The translations under genes and the position numbers were made by a program. A stretch of DNA of 64,000 bases from Balanoglossus misakiensis (lineage: Eukaryota; Animalia; Hemichordata): assembly GCA_040954595.2 (NCBI GenBank), contig CM082588.2, forward strand, positions 2,115,027 through 2,179,026, in the 5' to 3' direction. Positions 57,064 through 64,000 of this stretch are shown here, in pieces. The first letter of the stretch is position 1; every line of letters starts with the position of its first letter. The notes under the pieces were generated by a model. The model worked only from the letters and a program-made list of their open reading frames with translations. It searched no databases and had not been told where the DNA came from.

Positions 57064-60000
57064 TTAGGCCTTTTCTAAAGACATCCTTGTGGATTTTCTT
57101 TTCTTTTCAGTCTTCTTTCGTGACTTTGCCGGCTTACAAGTAGCTCCACTCTGTTGTTGTAGAGCATGCTGAAGGATGAGCGTGTGGGTTGCATTCTCCG
57201 AGTTCATCCATAGTTCTTGCCAAAATACAGCCTGCATTTCTGAGAAAGGAAAAAAATTGAACATACTGTAAGTACAAGTAGTATATTTGCTGATATAGAC
57301 AACCCCCCCTCCCCCTCCTCCCACTGTACAGGTCCAACCATGGTGCTGAGATTGGATAACTTTGAGAGGTGCCATTTATACCTTGACTGCCTGACTGTGA
57401 GTCTCTGTACTTACCTGAATTTGTCTGTAAGGGTGTCCCCTCTGAAGCACCTTTGCTGGAACACAGATCTACTAAACCAACTCTGTATGTAGACCTCTCT
57501 GCCTGGTTCCTCAGCTGCAGGAATTTCTCTGAATTTTCCGGATGGAGGCAGAACTTGGTAAGGTCCGCAAAGATTGAATTAAGCTCAGACAACATGGCGA
57601 CATTTTTCACGTCACAAAGGTTTTCTGTTTCACGCTTCAATTTCTCTGCACTTCCTTCACCGTCGTCTCCGTCTGTGTCACCATGGTTACCCAACTCCTT
57701 CAGAGAGAACTCGTTATACATGACATAGACCTTCAGCAACGCCTTGACAATATCAACCCCTCCATCTTCCATCAGTTTCCCCAACACCTCTTTGCATCTG
57801 ACGAATCGACGGACCCATTTCAGCAGATCCAGCATGATTGCTGCATCGTCCACTGACATCGTCACCTCCATTGTCTTCTGCAGCGCCCACTGCAAGACAA
57901 AACTCAGCTGCTCTGCTGGCAAATTCTGGAAACCTTCAGACTGGAAACAGAACAGAACATGCAGGAGATGGCTCTGGCATTCTCTCTGGACGACATCCAA
58001 GTTTACAGCATCCTTGTCACGTCCACCATCCTCCTCGACTTCCTTCTCAAATCCTTTCTCTGTTTTGGCCGCTTTCGTTTCTCCTCCTGCAAGTGAATGC
58101 TGCTTCAGGTTTTCCAAGATGGCCGCCACTTGAAAAGTCTCTCCATACTTGTACAAACACTGAACAAAGTGCTCAGGACTGAAAGCCCTCTCAGAGATAC
58201 ATTCCCCATACCACTTGGAACGATATAAAATCACTGAATGAACCATCTGTATCAAAGAACGGAAAACCAGTGGGCTTACTCTATCCCTGAAAAACAAAAG
58301 ATTACAAAAATTGAGTCAAATCTACATATCGCAAAAATATTCCCAGCAAATAAGGGTTGTTAGGAAATTTCCAGGATTAATCCGATGCTCCCCAAAACCC
58401 AAGATGGAAGGAAAACATGTCATCACTTACGGGATCTTTTCCACAACTGTCACAAAAACCTGAAGCATTCCAACGATGGTGCGCAGAGAAACAACACTCT
58501 CCTTTAGGACTTTGCTTTCACCATCATCATCTTCTATTTTCTTGTTCTTCAGTTTGGGAGTAGACACCGTTTTCCAGAACGTGCCGAGGACATCCAACAT
58601 TTTTTCAATGAGACCAACATCACTTAAAGAAAACAAAAAGCCAGTCTGGTATCAAATTCAACTGTCAAAAATCACATGCCAACTTGATAAGCAGGGGAAA
58701 AGGTACCGTTTCTAAAGAGGAAAAACTTTACAAAACTGATCAGTTACCTGTTGGAGATTTGCCCATCTAACCATGGTAACAACCCATGATATCTGCTCAT
58801 TTCCATAGCACCACTTCTGATAGCGACTGCTGATTCCAGGATCTTTAAGATTTGTTGCTGGGAAGAAATAATACATGGAGGGGATCAATGAGAAGGATAT
58901 ACTGATTCATGTGATCAGGTGACAACCCAGGCAGTCAGACAAAAAAAACACACCTACCTTGGTGGGTCTGTCGCAGGTGGGGGAGCTGAAGAAAGCCATC
59001 AGCATTTTGAAGACAAAACACTTCTTGCTGTAGATGTGAATATCCACCTGGTCCTTCAGACCATGCAGGCACAAGTCCAGCATCCATTTCTGTTGCTGTT
59101 TGTGCTGTGAGAGGAAGGAAACAAAGATATAATGTCATGACATATTGCTAGGAAGTTTTGATGACTCTTCCCTCCCCATAAGCTGTAACACACTGGCAAG
59201 TGTTGTGCGACTACACAGACTGTAGTGACTTACTTCTATGTCGGAGCTAAACAGAAGTCGCTGGAACTGCGGTATCATATGCAGGTTAAATTCTGGCTTG
59301 ATGAGAAGGAACTTCTGGACCATTGAGTACATGGGGTCTTCTGGTGTGGAGAATATCTGTGCGACTTTGGAGATGAAGATTACTACGACGCTTGACAGCC
59401 TGGTGTTTGGTTCAGTAATCGAGTTCTTCAGACAGTTCAGCAAGTACAGAATCTGGTGGGATAAAATTGGAAATGTTTTGGTCAAGTTCAGCAGAGATAC
59501 ACTCATCTTGGCAACATCAGTTCTTGTAAACAGTCAAAGAAGAAAATGTCTCTTGCAAATTAATAACTGAATCCTCACCTGTCTTTTTTCTTTGAAGCGG
59601 GCTGCTTCGAGATGACTGTAGAAACTCCCGATCACATGATACCCGGCAGCTCTCATTGATGGGTCTGTGCTGCTCAGTGCTGCTATGGTAACGCCCATAC
59701 TGTGCCACTCAACAAACCTCCTGCAGTCCACGACCGACTCTGTAAATAAAACGTCCAAACTCTCAGCAATTTCAAGAGATTATTACAATCTAACAAACGA
59801 ACATGATGAACCTTTAAAAGATTTTGAGATCCATAGATGTCTTACCAGGTGTCAGAAGGTGACTGAACAATGGGAGTAGGAAACTGGGGTCATAAACAGC
59901 AGGATCGTCACTCATGCTGTCATGGAAACCGGGCATGAGCTGTCTCTTCCAAGGAAACCTCAGCACTGTCTGATACATTTTGTCTTTGTCGAGTAAACTC

Positions 60001-63000
60001 AGCACCTCTCGCAGAGCTGGTTGGTTCCACAAACTCCTGCCGAATTTTTTCCTCTTTGTATGGTGGTCTAGCCCGGCTTGGCCCCACATGTATGGTCTGC
60101 AGAGAGAGATCGTAATGACAGTCACTCATTTTTCTGACCACTAAACACAGGATCATTTCTCATTCAATCTATTTACTTCCACTGATGCAGTAATACTCTA
60201 TGGTCACCAGATCACATGATCCTTACCTGTACTCCCACATGGCAGCTTGATTGTTCTCATAAATATTCATGAGGCATAGCAGCAACTGGTCCGTTCTGCT
60301 CAGTGTGGCTCCATAGGCTCCGAGAAGTACAGCAAAGTGAGCACTGTCGCAGCAGGCAGGATTCTGTCGGACTATGGACACCATCAACTCCACCAAAGTT
60401 TCTGTAAATGACAATTTTCAAGTTTGTAAGCGTCATACAAATATTTGCAGACTATGTGTGCAATAAAAATGTCCCTGAAGTGTGGTGGCTCACCTTTGAC
60501 CCCTGCTTTTTCTTCACTCAGCATTGTGGGAAAGAAGAGGGAATGGCTAAGCAGCATCTGATAAATGGTGGGCAGATGAACCACGCCAGTAATCTGGCTT
60601 GCCCCGTCCACTGCGTATATTTTCGGAATGAGGGACTTCAAAGTTTGTAGGTACGTTTGGTTCTGGTACCTGCCCCTCAATCCAGTCTTCACAAATCTGT
60701 TCCACACAGATGCAAAGTCCTTGGTGTTCATGGCAACGGCGTCCTTTTGAAAGACAAATGTTCAACATGGTGATTGGACACACTTAAAAAATTGGCAGAC
60801 ATATGGAATATATCGACAAATCAGGACAAGTCTTACACTGTGATGCATGCTACCAGTACATAGCAATGTAGGCACAAATTCAGAAACCTACCGGTGTAAC
60901 TCCAACCACAATATTGTGCATCAACTTTTCTAGTTGCAAGTCTTGGGTTTCCGCCTTGTGCAGTACGCAAAGACACTGCAAGCAGCCGCTGAAGTAAGCC
61001 ATTTTCACATCTGCTACTTTTTCCACATCTTTCGACAAGAGCTCAGAAGTTCGGAGAATTTTCAAGCCAGCTTCAAGTTGGTACCTGTATGTTAGAACCA
61101 AACCGAGTTTATCCTTGGAATGCACTTTGTGTCTGAATTGGTCATAGGTCACCAGGGGGCCAAGAGACAAGAGGGTTAAAAAGAGGCTGTACCTGTTCCA
61201 GGTTTTGTTCTCAGATCCAATGACTTTCTTCAGTTGGTCAAACATGGCAGTCAGGATGTAAGGGTTAGTGTGACCAATCAGGCGACACCACATTGAGAAC
61301 TTCAGCTTGTCTGTCTCCTCATCGTTCTGGCCATCCAGACATCCCCCTAGCAACCACACACACAACCAATCATGGTAGACCTGGTGTAGTCTGTCCACTG
61401 TGTCAACTTCGGCTTGTCCTGTAAATGTGAGATACAGTACTCCATTCATCTGAATTATATATCATATTTATATTTTATACTAAATTAAATTGATAATGAA
61501 GCCTTCACACCAACCTTTCTTCAAGAAAACTTCCACAACAGACAGATACATGTCTTTGTTGTCGCTGATCAGTTTCAATGATGCTTCATTCTTGATCCAG
61601 TCTTCAAAATGTACGCGATGCGTGAGACTGTGTGTTAGCATCTGTCTTGCAAGATCCATTCTGACCTGTCAGAGAGAAGGCAAAGAACTGTTGGCTTCTG
61701 ATATGGATATGGCAGAACTTGGCATACGTCATGCTGTGATGTTTACTTTACAGCAACCTTTTTCGAACCTCACCTGTGTTGGCAGTCCCAGGCAATATTC
61801 CAGGGTCTCAGAATCTGTAAACAACACAAGCTGTTGATCGGCCTTCACAACGCCCAACACCATGCTGTCTAGTCTGGAGTGACGACAAGCTTGCATTGCA
61901 TTCACAAGTTGGATGATAGTCTGTTGATCCACAGAGTGGGCGCTCAACAAAGTCAGGAGGGCCTCTCCCTCCTGTGTTAGTTCGCAATCGTCGTCGGTTA
62001 CAGACACGATCATGCTTTGTGGCAGCTGAAGAAATTTGTTCACCAGGCCTCTTACATTGTCGGGAGAGCCGAACTCAGACAACAAAGTTAGCAGCTGCAC
62101 ACTTTGACCAAGAATGACTTTCTTTCTGCCAAGTTTCGATGGTGTGACCTTCTGTTTCTTTGCGAGTTTTGAAAGCTTGTAGTTCGCAAATTCAAAAGTC
62201 CTCTCCACGTAGGGTTGGATCAGTGTTCTGCTGAGACCCTGGCTGCTTAAGGCTTGCTCCAGAATCTGCCTGACAAACTCTGTGACAGTCTCAGAAAGCC
62301 ATCTTGTTTCTACGGAACTGGTTTGAACTGGTTCGCTGGCTGGAAGAAACCATTCAACACACAAAGGATGCATGAGAATGATTTCAACCACGTCTTGAGG
62401 AATCACAGCGTCTTCACTCTCTTCAGCATCACTGCTCTGTTGCTGAGCGCAATCGCTGTCCTTCCCTTCATGTTCAGTGTTCTTCTCAGCTTGTCGATAA
62501 AGCTGATCTAAAACTGTGAAATAGGCTTGGAATACCTGCCTTGCATTAGCAACCTGCGTAAGAAAATGACAAGAATTCAAGTCATTTTTCCGACTATTGC
62601 ATGATGACTGATTGTACAGCAGTAATAATATGTCAATGTGAATATTACCTCATTCATTATCGGTCCAATCACAGCCCTGGCATACAAGATGACCTGCTTG
62701 ACAGCAAGTGGCACTTCATCTATTTCCATGCCAACAATACTTCCAGCCAGTGCGTCCTTGTTCATCTCCAAGATGCCCAGGGGGTCAAAGGTGAAGCTTT
62801 CATACAACAGGTCAGCAAACTTCTGTGATTTGGGTGAATTACTTGGATGCAGGGTCTTGTGCAGAGTCTTGGATAACTTTTTCTTCTTTGGAGTGTCCTG
62901 GCAGAAAGATGCATATGAATACATGTAAAATTCACTTCAGTAGACATAGGTTGTTGGCTAGAATTGATCGCATTTGGATGAATAGCTCCTGACTACAAAA

Positions 63001-63910
63001 GACTAGTGTACGACAACATTGTTACCTTGACTTTCTGTTCATTTGGAAGAAACATGTTACAATACTTCATCAACTCCTTCTGAAGCACGGAGAGCTCAGG
63101 TGATGCAATGTTCCTGCCTTGATCAGACTGAGTAAAGATTTGGCCAACCAAGAAACACAGAGGTGTTGGGTTGATCTGGCAGTGAAGTACCTCGCGGAGA
63201 ACTCCAAAGAGAAACTTCTCGGCAGTTTCTGTGATGGGAAGAGATGAGAATGTTTTATACCAAAAGTCAAAGAAGATATCTGTGGGGTTTCCTGTGATTG
63301 CATCCATTGTATTCAACAAGCACAGATTTTGAGCAGATGTGAGTGTTTTTACTGACCTGTCTTGAACAAGGGATTATCCGAGACCCAGTCTTGCAAGGCT
63401 CCTACCACCAGGGTACTGAACGGGAAAGACTCAGTTGACCAGGCTGTGGATTGATGAGTAGATTCTGACTTTGCTTCACCACTCTTCTGCTGTGTCTCCA
63501 TGGTGATCTCCATGCTCAAGATGGCTGACGGGCGAACAAGAATTCATTGACACATTATTTACTTCTTGTGCAGCTATAATTAGTGTAGCAAAGCTAAATT
63601 TCAACCTCTGCCCCGGCAGGTACCCATTTACTCCTAGATGTCAGAGAACCACCTTACCTTCTAATCCACGAGGACCACCACTTTGACTGTCAACTTCAAC
63701 CATCCCATCACTCTGCTGTGAGGTAGCTTCATGGACAACATCAATGACACGATCAGCCAGTGGATACGGATTACGGACAACTCTGGTCAGCAACTTTTCA
63801 AACAGTTCGATAACCCCACGAGTGTCCCCCTGACTTGTCTTCTCAAGGTTAGACAGCCATAGGGCAATTTCTTCCTGAGAATGCTCAAATAAGCCAGTTT
63901 CTACAAGAAT
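57064..63910 (-). CDS. URB1: Nucleolar pre-ribosomal-associated protein 1 (URB1/Npa1), 3' part, multi-exon; 5' end lies right of the window
   Basis: Motifs HFAVLLGAYGATLSRTDQLLL, VYDPSFLLPLFSHLL, VDCRRFVE, LSSTDPSMRAAGYHVIGSF, LLNCLKNSI and FLLIKPEFNLHMIP (NopRA1-type region). The last intron 57414-57240 gives a final exon EMQAVFWQELW...EKA*, with the stop at 57064-57066. Confidence 0.9.
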
Positions 63911-64000
63911 CTGTAAAAAAGTTTGAACAGTCTGTAGATTAGCAAGGTTGAGAAGATGGTATACAGACAATGCATCTCATTGTACATCCAGTCAAAAACA

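Noticed and set aside
57134-57414. C-terminal tail of the 387-aa ORF (GKYRDSQ...WSYL) as the URB1 end
   Set aside because: A GTAAGT donor at 57414 and an acceptor at 57240 give a better final exon in another frame, with the stop at 57064.
57240-63910. Intronic box C/D snoRNAs in URB1
   Set aside because: The introns I inspected are short and showed no well-spaced C and D boxes with terminal stems; not checked exhaustively.

Overview
Gene-dense, intron-rich animal (probably invertebrate bilaterian) genomic DNA; no prokaryotic features. Genes reconstructed by hand from splice signals: BRWD/PHIP (-, 5' part, ATG 6390), head-to-head with DHDDS (+, 7583-9169), tail-to-tail with MEI4 (-, 9623-11440), head-to-head with a VPS13A/C-class gene (+, CDS 18129-46011, with a ~6.3-kb 5'UTR intron and a long 3'UTR). 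These are followed by a ~5.6-kb foldback-like repeat complex (48914-54560), a small 5-exon CXorf65-like gene that the ORF track only shows in fragments (+, 55396-56879), and the 3' part of URB1 (-, 57064 to beyond the window). The most unusual structure is the repeat complex. Its two inverted arms are built from a ~480-bp monomer carrying YY1/CRE/CCAAT motifs, and the right arm is a recent 480/262-bp higher-order array. Between the arms lies an island with a 34-bp strand-asymmetric hairpin and an array of ~53-bp units with two conserved boxes and variable intervening sequence. All family assignments are from remembered motifs, not database searches.
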